From Octopus bimaculoides (lineage: Eukaryota): DNA of 43,192 nucleotides. Within the stretch, counting starts at the first letter, position 1, and each line of letters begins with the position of its first letter. The notes below the pieces were generated by a model. It did not search any database and was not told where the DNA came from. It worked only from the letters and a program-made list of their open reading frames with translations. The stretch is taken from positions 17,401,162 through 17,444,353 of the forward strand of contig NC_068999.1 of assembly GCF_001194135.2 (NCBI RefSeq), written 5' to 3'. A program made the translations under genes and the position numbers. This document shows positions 24,602-36,700 of this stretch, in pieces.

Positions 24602-24651
24602 ACATCGAACATTTTAAGCTATATAATAATATAGCTTAAAATGTTCGATGT
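24602..24651. repeat. Perfect 23-bp inverted repeat, 4-nt loop
   Basis: ACATCGAACATTTTAAGCTATAT-AATA-ATATAGCTTAAAATGTTCGATGT. Confidence 0.95.
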
Positions 24652-25423
24652 TAATTATTTTAAAGATGTACATCGAGCGTCGACGGAAAAGCTCAAGTGT
24701 TGCTATTTGCATTCTTGCTGTTGATTAGTCAAAGTCACCCTCGAGTTAACCGAACTGTTATGAAAGTTAGTCTAGTGTTTGATACAGAACCAAAATACCT
24801 AATATGTATTCCTCATTTTGACATATTCAGGTATGATTCAAAGGAAAGTCAGATCATATTTCTATAAACCGATGAAATTTTGGCTACCTCATTGCCTTTT
24901 TTTCTTATTGTGTAGCGTAAGATAAAGACGTATCCCTATACAACTTTCATTTTTTAGCCTTCAATCTGTTAATTTGTAAAATGAATTATTTAAATAATAT
25001 TTGGTTGAGCATTATACACTAAATACAACCTTCATGTAATGAATCGAAGAGCTAAAATATCAATGATCGGTTGTACGATTATAAAACTAGAAATGCATGC
25101 ATTTTGCATATATAGCATGTTTGTCAATAATTTCTCTGAGAAGGATGGCATGTAATGATACCATGTTAGTTATAATAACTTCTTCAATTTCGTAATGTAC
25201 TGGTTCACTTTATGCTCGATTTTAATGTCGCGGGGACATTCAAATGAAAGGACACACACGGTGTGATGTGATGAATATTTTCAAAAATAGATGATTTGTA
25301 GTATGTCTAGCTAATGAGCTTTAAGTATATTCATACAAAAGTGAAATCAATTGAAACCGGAATATCTGTATTCCTTACTTCAGTAGATCATACCAGGTAA
25401 GCCTATTTCTGTTATATATATAC

Positions 25424-25495
25424 CCTACTAAATTTGTTTATATATATGCGCGTGTGTGTGTGTGCGCGCGCGTATATATAAACAAATTTAGTAGG
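25424..25495. repeat. Perfect 23-bp inverted repeat enclosing a GC/GT microsatellite
   Basis: CCTACTAAATTTGTTTATATATA (25424-25446) and TATATATAAACAAATTTAGTAGG (25473-25495). Confidence 0.95.
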
Positions 25496-25525
25496 TCGAT
25501 TTTAAGTTATTTTTTCAAAGCTATA

Positions 25526-25856
25526 ATGGAAGTGACAAAGGAGCATATTCGACATATTTTGCTTTATGAGTTCAATAACGGCAACAACGCAACATAAATT
25601 GCGAGGTATATTAATGCAGGATAAAGGGATCGGACAATAAGCGTAAGCCAGTGCCAACGGGTGGTTCCAGAAATTCTGAGTTAAAATGCTACAGCCTAGA
25701 TGATGAGCCTCGTCCTGAAAGACACGGAGATCTCGACGAGGCCATCCTGCAAATACTGTTGGAACAAAACCCTACGGTGACTGTTGAGAAATTCGCAGAG
25801 AAGCTTAGATTCGGTCATAGAAACATTCGTCAACGCCTGCTTGCCATCGGAAAAAA
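25526..25856 (+). pseudogene. Mariner transposase N-terminal fragment (HTH region)
   Basis: MEVTKEHIRHILLYEFNNG..., QCQRWFQKF, LDDEPRPERH...LLEQNPTVTVEKFAEKL..IRQRLLAIGK. Contains stops and frameshifts. Confidence 0.85.
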
Positions 25857-26471
25857 TCATTATCACGCCGGACAAAATGCTTTGACGTGTTTCTTTCGCC
25901 TTTACTTTCAGATTTCAAATGTCACCTTCATAGACGTTGTCTGTCATCCTTATGATATCGATACGACATGTAGCATTTGACTACTAGTGTCTAGTCCATG
26001 TAATCGACTTGCTCCGTCCCCAAAGCTGCTGCATCAAAATTTGAAACGAATATTTTACGTTTAATACAAATATTCAACAAAAAAACAGGAAGAGTTATTT
26101 CCCTTTTTAATTTTACAACGTTTATCGTGTTATGATGCTCTTCAGTTTCTATATGTATTGTGCTTTGTTAGTATAATGTGAAAACATTGCAGTTTTAAAT
26201 ATTTATGCTGGAATGTATGTCCTCATAACGTGAAGAATAAACAGCCTGGCCTCATGTCAATAGTTACGTTGACAACTGTAAATGTGTTTGGGGATGTACA
26301 TTTGTGTCCATGTGTAATGGTGCGTGTGTGCATAAATGTCAGTGTGTATTTGCATTTGTGTACGTGTCTGCTTGTGTCTGTGTATGCTAGTAATATCTGC
26401 ACGTATGCTTCTACCTCGACAAGTGTGCTGAATAACAAATTGGCTGAATTATCTTCCAATGATACATATAT

Positions 26472-26524
<53 letters not shown>

Positions 26525-28359
26525 TATATATATTTATATATATGTATATATATATANNNNNNNNNNNNNNNNNNNNNNNNNNNNNNNNNNNNNNNNNNNN
26601 NNNNNNNNNNNNNNNNNNNNNNNNNNNNNNNNNNNNNNNNNNNNNNNNNNNNNNNNNNNNNNNNNNNNNNNNNNNNNNNNNNNNNNNNNNNNNNNNNNNN
26701 NNNNNNNNNNNNNNNNNNNNNNNNNNNNNNNNNNNNNNNNNNNNNNNNNNNNNNNNNNNNNNNNNNNNNNNNNNNNNNNNNNNNNNNNNNNNNNNNNNNN
26801 NNNNNNNNNNNNNNNNNNNNNNNNNNNNNNNNNNNNNNNNNNNNNNNNNNNNNNNNNNNNNNNNNNNNNNNNNNNNNNNNNNNNNNNNNNNNNNNNNNNN
26901 NNNNNNNNNNNNNNNNNNNNNNNNNNNNNNNNNNNNNNNNNNNNNNNNNNNNNNNNNNNNNNNNNNNNNNNNNNNNNNNNNNNNNNNNNNNNNNNNNNNN
27001 NNNNNNNNNNNNNNNNNNNNNNNNNNNNNNNNNNNNNNNNNNNNNNNNNNNNNNNNNNNNNNNNNNNNNNNNNNNNNNNNNNNNNNNNNNNNNNNNNNNN
27101 NNNNNNNNNNNNNNNNNNNNNNNNNNNNNNNNNNNNNNNNNNNNNNNNNNNNNNNNNNNNNNNNNNNNNNNNNNNNNNNNNNNNNNNNNNNNNNNNNNNN
27201 NNNNNNNNNTCACTCTCACACATATATATACATGGTGTTCTTTACTTATATATACTGCATGATATATATATATATATATATATATATATTTCTGTTCGTA
27301 ATTGAATTCGGTTTAACATAACTTGTGAGTTTAGTAGTGCTTTTTAACAAACACTAGTATCTCCGATGGTATATGTTTTTGGGCACTACCATACCTACAA
27401 TACAATATGCTTCGGATTAAACAAACATACAAGAATCGAAACGACAAACTACTGAAAATCTGAATTATGTTTTCCGTGGAAAAATTGTTTTTTACTCATC
27501 ATTTAAGGTACCTAATTCAGATTATTTTGGAAATCATGAATGCTTGAATAGAAATAAATCAATATATTTAGCTGCTATTAGCGGACAAACGAACTTGCCC
27601 GTTTCAGACAATTTTATAATAAATTTCAGAAGACTCTTACTCTCATCTTTAGTTTCGCCACGTCTATGAAATTCTATGCCATATTTTGAAATTATTACTT
27701 TTCGAAAGATCCATAAATTGACATACTTTTTGAATAGAGGGAGGCATGTGGGTATACACATATCAACTGATAATCGTCATGGTAATAAAATGTTTCCTGC
27801 TCTAAATTACTGATAGGAAATTCCAAGAAGAAAATTAGGTTTTAATTCAATTGTTTTTTTTGTTTTTTATTTTGTTTTTGAAATGGACATTAACAAAAGA
27901 TTTGCAAGAAAGGAATAAGATTTGAAAGGAATGAATAAATAACGATTGGCTTACATTTATTTGTCATATAGTCAATCCAAATCAAATATGAAAAAAAAAT
28001 GGTCATTTCGTTTGAATGGAAGAATATGTAAGGAGTATGGAACACGCCTAAATGACAGATTGAAGAAACGGTTTCATGGAGTTAAGCGCTAGCAACAATA
28101 ACTCGTTTCTAAAATCAATATGGGACATTGCAAAATATAATTCTGGATATGTGTATTTATAAGTTTACCATAGCTGGAATTAGGACTAACTTTAATCTTC
28201 AGAACATGAATAAGAAGTTTGTATATTTTCAACGAAGCTTAAATGAATGTTATGTTTACAAGCACCATAAAACTACATAGTAATTGTTGAATAATTTACT
28301 TTCACAAGTTTGGTTATTTAAAGTTTTACTGGAAGTAACAGTCCAATAAAAAAAAAAAT

Positions 28360-28430
28360 TAAATAATGCTATCTATATAACTTAAATAATGCTATCTATA
28401 TAAATTAAATAATGCTATCTATATAACCTA
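28360..28430. repeat. Tandem repeat, 23-bp unit, three copies
   Basis: TTAAATAATGCTATCTATATAA(C/A) occurs three times. Confidence 0.9.
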
Positions 28431-29509
28431 ATACTGCTGTACTTATTTTTCGAACAATTGCGGTCGAGTTGTACTAAGAAAAAAAGGCATTCTATCTGAG
28501 CGCATTCAGCCTTTAGAGATGTATGATAAATCAGACTACATCTCCCTAATTGCACTTAAACCATTCTAAAGCTGTTGAGGTACATTTTTTGAGTGAGAAT
28601 CGTCTGCTATTCCTTGGCGGCTTGACTAGTTTTATGGCCTGTGATCAGAAATATTCTAAAATTCTATTCAAATTGTTTCATCAGAGGAAAAGTAAATTAG
28701 AAAAAAAAGTAATACAATCAATAATCGATGTGTTTACTGAAATAGGTTTATCAATCCATGCCAAATGAAAGCGATCCTATCTACTCAGTCAGAGGATGTT
28801 GATATGCAGTTATAAACGTTCAAATATGTATTAGAATAAAATTTTGCATTTTTGTAATATAAAATTTGTGAAAACCTTTGGCATCAATACTCATCGTTGA
28901 GCAATTATTCAAAACAGAGTGATTTTGATACAAGTGTGCTTTGCAAGATAATATAGAAAATATAAAGAATTTAAAATAGAACACATTTGTTATCATTGGA
29001 TTTATGCTTAATAGGACGATAAAAGGATTTTGATGACAACCAAATAATAATGGGGAAATGGATAGCTGATAATCAAGAGCACAAACTCTCATCTGCTACC
29101 CACAAACTTTTCAAAAGTTATTTCTGAACGATATTAAAATTATATATCATTTTAAACAATGAAATAAACAATATCACGTTTCATAAAATGAAACCTATTT
29201 TTTTTATTTTATAGATAGAATATTTATAATTATGAGATTAAATCATGTTATTTATGCAGAATAGACTAATTTCCAAGGAATAATGTTTAAAATAGCTGAA
29301 TGTGTTCGTTTTATTATGATATATTATACAACACTATCAATGGTGAAAATCTTCTGATCCTCAATATCAATAAAAATAGCTTTCAAATTTAGAAAATGAA
29401 AGAGACACGCTAGAGATAATAATAATACATACATACAACATACACATGTGTATGTACATACAAACATATATTCATCTAACCATCCATCCATACATCTATT
29501 TTACACACG

Positions 29510-29542
<33 letters not shown>

Positions 29543-29543
29543 A

Positions 29544-29587
<44 letters not shown>

Positions 29588-29746
29588 TATATACCCCCNN
29601 NNNNNNNNNNNNNNNNNNNNNNNNNNNNNNNNNNNNNNNNNNNNNNNNNNNNNNNNNNNNNNNNNNNNNNNNNNNNNNNNNNNNNNNNNNNNATATATAT
29701 ATATTCATATATACACAAAAATATACGTGAGTAAATATTTTTATAC

Positions 29747-29787
<41 letters not shown>

Positions 29788-29803
29788 TATATACCCCCAT
29801 ATA

Positions 29804-30407
29804 CGAGATCTGATCAATAGGTATCACGACTGTTGTCATAGTAACGAAGCTAAAATACGCAGAGTAAAGCCACTTGGCTCAAATTGATCTTGAACTCTGC
29901 TGTGCATGTGCACCTAGGTTTGACGTTCTAGCTCACTTCCACTGTTTATTGTAGTGCTTGAAAGTAACGTGTGTCGTGTGTGATAGTCACATTGGCTATG
30001 ACGGAGAAAGTTATCATGGCGATACCTGCTCAGAGGCCTGTGGAAAGTTGGTGAAAGTGTATGGAGAGGAGTGTATAAGCCGAACACAAGTGCACGAGTG
30101 GTTCAGACGTTTCCTAGATAGCCGAAAAAACGACGATATAGATGAATGTTCTGGGTGACCCGAAACCAGTAGAACTGAGAAAAACATCACAGATGTGCGT
30201 GCAGGTCTCAGGGGAAATCGTCGAATCACCACCCATGTGTTATCAGTGGATTTTCAGATTAGTTACGGTTCAGTCCAGGCCATTATCACTGAAGATTTGG
30301 GCATGCACAACTGAGTTTGAGGTAAATGAGTTCCAACCGGCTTTACTCTCCGTGCTTTAATATCGTTACTATGGCAACTGCCCAGATATTTTTTGATCAG
30401 ACCAACG
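29804..30407 (+). mobile_element. Internally deleted mariner derivative with ~70-bp TIRs
   Basis: Left CGAGATCTGATCAA..GTCATAGTAACGA..AGAGTAAAGCC versus right GGCTTTACTCT..TCGTTACTATGGCAAC..TTGATCAGACCAACG, with TA on both flanks. Interior encodes KVYGEECISRTQVHEWFRRF...DDIDECSG*PETSRT (mariner HTH). Confidence 0.85.
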
Positions 30408-30902
30408 TATATACATACATATATGTATGCGTGTCTGTGCGTTTGTTTCTGTGCATGTGTTTGTGCGTGTGTGTGTGTGGGGGGGTATGTATACGTATGC
30501 CTATATGTATAGATTTATATGTGTGTTTGTGTATGTATACATGGGGCGTAATGTAGAGTGATGTAGAGAAAACTAAATGTAGCTCACTGATGCAGGTTGG
30601 TTCATACCTCCTCCGACGCTTCATTTTCTATACAAAAGAAAATATTCCTGCCGACTTCATTCACTTTCAGGTATTTTTCTAATGACGATGTTATTTGTAT
30701 CCAAAATATTCTAAGGAAATAAATTTTTTTCCTAAATAGTATCATATGTTTTGTACAATACAAACTATTTCAATATTTTTTTTAGGGTTGTCTTGTTCCA
30801 GTTATTTGATTGTGGTCAAGCTGGGGAACTGCAGAAATGAAGTCCACACAAACACTTTTTAAGTCTCATAATGTTCTATTGATCTTTTTTTATGAATGGA
30901 AG

Positions 30903-31170
30903 GAAGGCGCAGGAGTGGGTGTGTGGTAAGTAGCTTTCCTGCTAACCACATGGTTCTGGGTTCAGTCCCATTGCGTGGCACCTTGAGCAAGTGTCTTCTA
31001 CTATAGCGTCGGGTCGACCAAAGCCTTGTCAGTGGATTTGGTAGACGGAAACTGAAAGAAGCCCGTCGTATATATGTATGTATATATATGTTTGTGTGTG
31101 TATATGTTTTTGTGTGTATGTGTGTGTGTGTGTGCTTGCCCCCCCTCCCCCACATCACTTGACAACTGGA
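30903..31170 (+). mobile_element. tRNA-derived SINE, same family as 22175-22557, 3'-truncated
   Basis: GGCGCAGGAGTGG.TGTGTGGTAAG..GGTTCAGTCCCA.TGCGTGGCACCTTGAGCAAGTG, followed by a TG-rich tract. Confidence 0.85.
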
Positions 31171-33214
31171 CCCTTCTATTTCTTGACTATAACATATCTA
31201 TAACATATCAAAGACATATTTGTCTTCTTTGAAATTCCAATGAACTCTCTATACGTAAACTATTAACAGTAATTTCTTGACATACGAATGGAGTTGACCT
31301 TTCGAATGTAATAGGAAGCAATATCATTACTGTTAACATTTGGAACAATTGTTGCCGTTTGTTATCATTGTGTGAACTCATTAGCGTTTCATGATAATAA
31401 GTCCAACAAAAAATAAATAGAAATAAAACATATTCTGAATAATGGCATACAATTTTATTTTAAGAGCTTGCAAGGACAACCTAAAAATTATATTAGTAGA
31501 GATATATACATACACAAAAATAAACATGTATTCTTATGTATTTATGCGCGCATATGCATACCCAAGAACGTGTGGTCTTACGTTGGGACATAGTATGACG
31601 GAAAGCAATTAAGTTTCTAAAAAGATTAAATTGTTTCGATTTTACAAATATAATATATTTGTTGATCTAAGATGATCAAACATACTCAGTTACGAGAGTT
31701 CGCGTACATAGTATACAACTAGCTTTACAAGCTTGCAATAAAACTAACGCCGTACTTATAAACAATTAACATTCTTCAATGTCATAGAAGCTTTAAGAAA
31801 TCAATGTGAATATGAGTACCATTTTAATAATCTTACAACTGAAAGCCTATTCGATGTTAGACTTAATCTTAAAGCAATGCTGTGCTGATACTAATATATA
31901 TTTGTTGCAAAACATTTTAACAATGTGAAAATACATTTTCTGAGAAACACCTTAAATAATATTCGTTTTGTATATCAAGAGCCCATGTTTTGACAAAATC
32001 ATGTGTTCACATTAAAAAAGAAATTAATATTAGCCCATTTCTATCTTTACACTTAACAGCAAAATAGCACTTATGTGAAACAACCATCGATATAGTCTCT
32101 CTGGTTTAATTCACGTATTGTAAACTTTTATTTATTACTGTCATGTGGCATATTTTGGGGTTTTTATTACCTTCTTTCAACGTCATTTATGCTATCGAAT
32201 GATGTGCATCAGCAGTAAATTTAAAGCATATTGTGTACCGACATTTACATAGTGAAAAAAGATGACATGCAAGAAATAAAATTTCACTTAGCAATCTGTA
32301 ATAATTCAAATGATAAATCACAGAGAAAAATGCTAAATACCCACAAAATTCAATATCTTTGTTTCAAAATCGATATATTTTAACATGTATTTCTTCAAAG
32401 GGGAAATTTAATGCGGTTATACTTCTCATCGTTTTACATGTCAAATAAGCTTCTGAAATGGATCTTTTACTCTGTTAACAATGTCTTTTATGGTTGCGTG
32501 AATATTTCTAAAGTGAGTACACCAAGCAGACAAATGTCTCAGTAATCATACATTACTTACACCAACAGAAAAATGCAGGATGACAATGTAGACTACACCC
32601 AATGCATTAGAGCTCACATGGAGCTAGACTGTAAAACTCCAACAGCAATTTATCTATGAGTTACATCTCTGTCTTTTAACATTTACATGATAATTTCTGC
32701 ATTAGATGACATCGAGTACACCGAACGCCCATGGTTGTTTATAGTTGTTTGCAGTGTTGACTTGGTTGAGCGGTGAGCTTAGCTAAAATTTCTTGATACC
32801 GTTATTGGTCCCTGCACCGTTTCCTACAAGCAGCTTTCGGTAAAGCATCGTGAGTAATATCTTTAAGAATACCCCATTACATCAGAGAATCACCGCCTGG
32901 GGGGATCTGCAGAAATTGCATCCCCCAGTAATCAGATGAAATCATCTGCTGTGCCATTAGCAGCACAAGGAAATCGGAAAATAAATTCTCAAATTTTGTA
33001 CACACAAAGGAATATATTTCACCAACTCTCTCTTCCAAAATAAGTTCAGTTCAAAGTGGCTTCGTGACATCCTAGATTCAAACAATTACATTAATTAGAC
33101 ATAATACTCGCTAGACGCTTGCACATGAGTAACGAGCTTATGAATCTTTCATGATGGTAAATGCAACAAAGATTACTCCTTAGTTTCCTATTCGATCGGA
33201 CGACATCCGATGAA

Positions 33215-33385
33215 GATGCGTTGGAGTAGCTGTGTGATAAAAGGTTTGCCTCCCAATCATCAGGCTCCGGGTTCGGTCCAACGAGGCAGTACCTTCGGCA
33301 TAAGGTTTTGCTATAGCCACTTCTAACAAAGATTTGCGAGTGAATTTGGTCAACGGAAACCGAGATTAGCCTGTCGCATATATAT
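33215..33385 (+). mobile_element. Older decayed copy of the 30903 SINE head
   Basis: GGAGTAGCTGTGTGATAA..GGGTTCGGTCC..TAGCC..GTGAATTTGGT..ACGGAAAC..GCCTGTCGCATATA. Confidence 0.65.
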
Positions 33386-33922
33386 ATANNNNNNNNNNNN
33401 NNNNNNNNNNNNNNNNNNNNNNNNNNNNNNNNNNNNNNNNNNNNNNNNNNNNNNNNNNNNNNNNNNNNNNNNNNNNNNNNNNNNNNNNNNNNNNNNNNNN
33501 NNNNNNNNNNNNNNNNNNNNNNNNNNNNNNNNNNNNNNNNNNNNNNNNNNNNNNNNNNNNNNNNNNNNNNNNNNNNNNNNNNNNNNNNNNNNNNNNNNNN
33601 NNNNNNNNNNNNNNNNNNNNNNNNNNNNNNNNNNNNNNNNNNNNNNNNNNNNNNNNNNNNNNNNNNNNNNNNNNNNNNNNNNNNNNNNNNNNNNNNNNNN
33701 NNNNNNNNNNNNNNNNNNNNNNNNNNNNNNNNNNNNNNNNNNNNNNNNNNNNNNNNNNNNNNNNNNNNNNNNNNNNNNNNNNNNNNNNNNNNNNNNNNNN
33801 NNNNNNNNNNNNNNNNNNNNNNNNNNNNNNNNNNNNNNNNNNNNNNNNNNNNNNNNNNNNNNNNNNNNNNNNNNNNNNNNNNNNNNNNNNNNNNNNNNNN
33901 NNNNNNNNNNNNNNNNNNNNNN

Positions 33923-34135
33923 CCCGTGAAGCAAAGCATTGATGTCACTGTGACACACTCAAACACTCACACACACACACACAAATATGCACATCCTGAC
34001 ACCTATATACACATATATATATATATGAAATCACCCGTGAAGCAAAGCATTGATGTCACTGTGACACACTCAAACACTCACACACACACACACAAATATG
34101 CACATCCTGACACCTATATACACATATATATATCA
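33923..34135. repeat. Exact ~100-bp direct duplication abutting a gap (probable assembly artefact)
   Basis: CCCGTGAAGCAAAGCATTGATGTCACTGTGACAC...CACCTATATACAC at 33923 and again at 34034. Confidence 0.8.
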
Positions 34136-35457
34136 TACATATGTATACATGTATTAATAAAATAAACATATGCTAAATAAATCGAACTAATATAAAACTA
34201 TTTATTGCGATGCATACATAATTAAGGACACATAAAGAAAAACCGCATATATTATTAATGGTAAATTCATATATTGAGATATTTATTTATATGCATGAAT
34301 ACATATTGAAGTTAATTTGGTCTTTCGTGACTGTTTTCTGAGAAGAATTTGACATTTTTAGTGTACGTACATAATATCGTTGTGAATACACAACCAACNN
34401 NNNNNNNNCCAACATTTATACGTGTGTGCGTATGTGTGGTGGGGAGTGTGTATTTGTGTGTGCGTGTGTGTATATATGTATGTATATATGTATGTATGTA
34501 TGTATGTTTGTATGTTTGTTTGTTTGTCTAACGAACTACAGATGTTTGCATATTAGTTCATATTATAATCGGGCAGATTTTTTAATTTTTTAAAATTTTG
34601 GTAACCCGCTAGGAATTACGAATAAATGGAAGTCTTCAACTTTATTCTGCCGATACATTTATAAAGCAGGAAATATAATGTATGAACTGTGCTAATAATA
34701 AAGGAATAGAGAAAGAGTTTTGCAATAGAACACTTTAGCTTTGGGGTCTATCCTGGGATTTTATATTCAAATGAAAGAGAATAATTTTTTGTAAGTTTCG
34801 AGTTGCATTTTACTTAGCATCATTATGCAAGCTCTTTTTCGAAATATAAATTGAAGATGTTACTCAATGTATACAATACAACACTACTATGAATATGTTC
34901 ACAGACGCTATGTCAGGGAATTATACTTTGCTTTCGTTTTTATATATATATATATACATACGTACAGAGAGAGAGAGAGAGTTCGTTATTAACATATATC
35001 GTTAAACGATGTTTTAATATAATTTGAACACGAAAGCAAATTCCAGTTACAGTATAGCAAACTTATGTTTTTACATACATTCATGTTATGTAACCAAGGG
35101 AATAATCATATACTGGATCGTTATAGCTATTTTATAATAAAATTAGAAAACTAAAAGTAATAATTTTATGGAAGATTTTAAGATGAAATCAACGTTAATT
35201 GCGTAATACAAAATGTTACAAGACATGAAGGAATAAATATTGTTGCGATTATATTAAGTTGTCGTATGTCCAAATCTGGACATACAATATCTATTTTTGC
35301 TTGCAATAGCCGGTCCTTTTGGTCAAACTATCGCATCTGAAGCTGCTTCAGATGTGAAAGTAGTACATCAGTTTTGCTATGGAATAGTGAAACTATTGTT
35401 TCGTTTTCTCTGAAAAAGCAACGTTTCGGATTTACGATACTTTTGCATAAAAGAAAT

Positions 35458-35493
<36 letters not shown>

Positions 35494-35544
35494 TATATGC
35501 GCACACGCATATACATTCATGTATAAGCATAAAGGCGAAGTGAA

Positions 35545-36300
35545 GTGGAATGCAAATTAAGTTACGGACCTATACAAAAAATATGGTAAAGGCACTCTTA
35601 ATAGGTACGTCTCACCCTTTACTGTTATTAGGGGACTGGAAGGAATCTTTGACCAACACTGGGATTGTGTGGGAGTTGCTAATAGAAGAGAGGCTGGGAT
35701 GCAAAAGCCTCAAGCACCTGATCAGCCAGTTACAACTGTCTGACAGCTAGCGCTGAGATTTCCCTAATGCGCTAGTGTGGACCTGGACAAACCGCTTAGG
35801 GTCATCTAGATCGTATATAGAGAGGATTTTCGTCAAGGAAACAGATAGTAATAAGGTAGGATGCCAATTTTTTACAACAGTCGTCGATTCAGACCATAAG
35901 TTTGTAATGTGTACGGTTGACCTCGATAAGGCGCGTAGGTTAGGACCCAAGTACTGGAAGCTGAATATTTGGTTTGCAGCACGTAAGGCTTACAGGGACC
36001 GTGTCAACAAATTAGTTAAGCATACGTTGACAGGATGGGTCGTCAACAACAGGTGGTGGGCGGCTCTCAGTAGAGAGATTAGAATAATATCGATAGAGTT
36101 CAGCAGAGAATTAGCGTTAGAAATAAATAGAAAGGTGGAAGGGTTAGTAGCTAAACTAAACGAGGCTATTTGTAGTGGCATTGCAACCAACGTACTAGCA
36201 GCGAGAATGGCATTAGACCAGTTCTTCAATGCCAAACGCTAAGGTTGCATTGTCAGAGCTAAGACGTGTGCTCTAAGAAACGAGGGGATCAAAGCTGTCC
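35545..36300 (+). mobile_element. Tx1/L1-clade LINE ORF2 fragment (end of APE endonuclease plus linker)
   Basis: LLLGDW, WTWTN...SYIERIF...SDHKFV (APE catalytic SDH), GPKYWKLN, RWW..L..EI. ORF 35775-36242. Confidence 0.8.
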
Positions 36301-36309
36301 GATGGGCCC

Positions 36310-36700
36310 GCATTTCGTTCGTCTTTACGTTCTGAGTTCCACTTACACCGACGTCAAATTTGCCTTTCATTATTTCGTGGTCGATAAATTAAGTCCCGGT
36401 CAAGTACTGAAATCGAATGTGATCGACTTATCCTCCCCGCAAATAAAAAGCCGACTTTAAGGCCTTATGCCTATAGTAGAAAGGATTATTATATACCACT
36501 ATAAGGCGGTGAGCTTACTGACTTGTTTGTACGGTGGGCGAAATGCTTCAGCTTTCAGATTCTGAGTTCAAAAACCGACAAGCTCGAGTTTGCGTTTTGT
36601 CCTTTCTGGGTCGACAACAGAAGTATCAGTTGAGCAATGGAGTCGCTGTAATCAACTTCTCCACACTAAATATTGCTGGTCTTGTGCAAAAGTAAGAAAG
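36310..36700 (+). mobile_element. Two adjacent decayed SINE copies of the 8432 family
   Basis: TTACGTTCTGAGTT..TTTGCCTTTCAT..GTCGATAAATTAAGT (36310-36490) and AGGCGGTGAGCT..GGGCGAAATGCT..TCTGAGTTCAAA (36500-36700). Confidence 0.7.

Noticed and set aside
26112-26150. Minus-strand CTGAAGA-GCATC..GAT-AAACGTTG resembling a hammerhead
   Set aside because: The G of GAAA is missing, stem II is incomplete and there is no stem I pairing.
29540-29800. Repeated (TA)n-GTATA..ACCCCC block on both sides of a gap
   Set aside because: Typical overlap artefact at a scaffold gap in low-complexity sequence.
11807-32650. Two minus-strand AG|ATAAATTGCT.TTGG starts (~11853 and ~32650) suggesting homologous exons
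   Set aside because: No common open frame: the 32650 copy hits stops in all three frames. The match is short and AT-rich.
35334-35354. Small palindrome CATCTGAAGC-T-GCTTCAGATG
   Set aside because: A 10-bp arm is within chance expectation for this window and has no supporting context.
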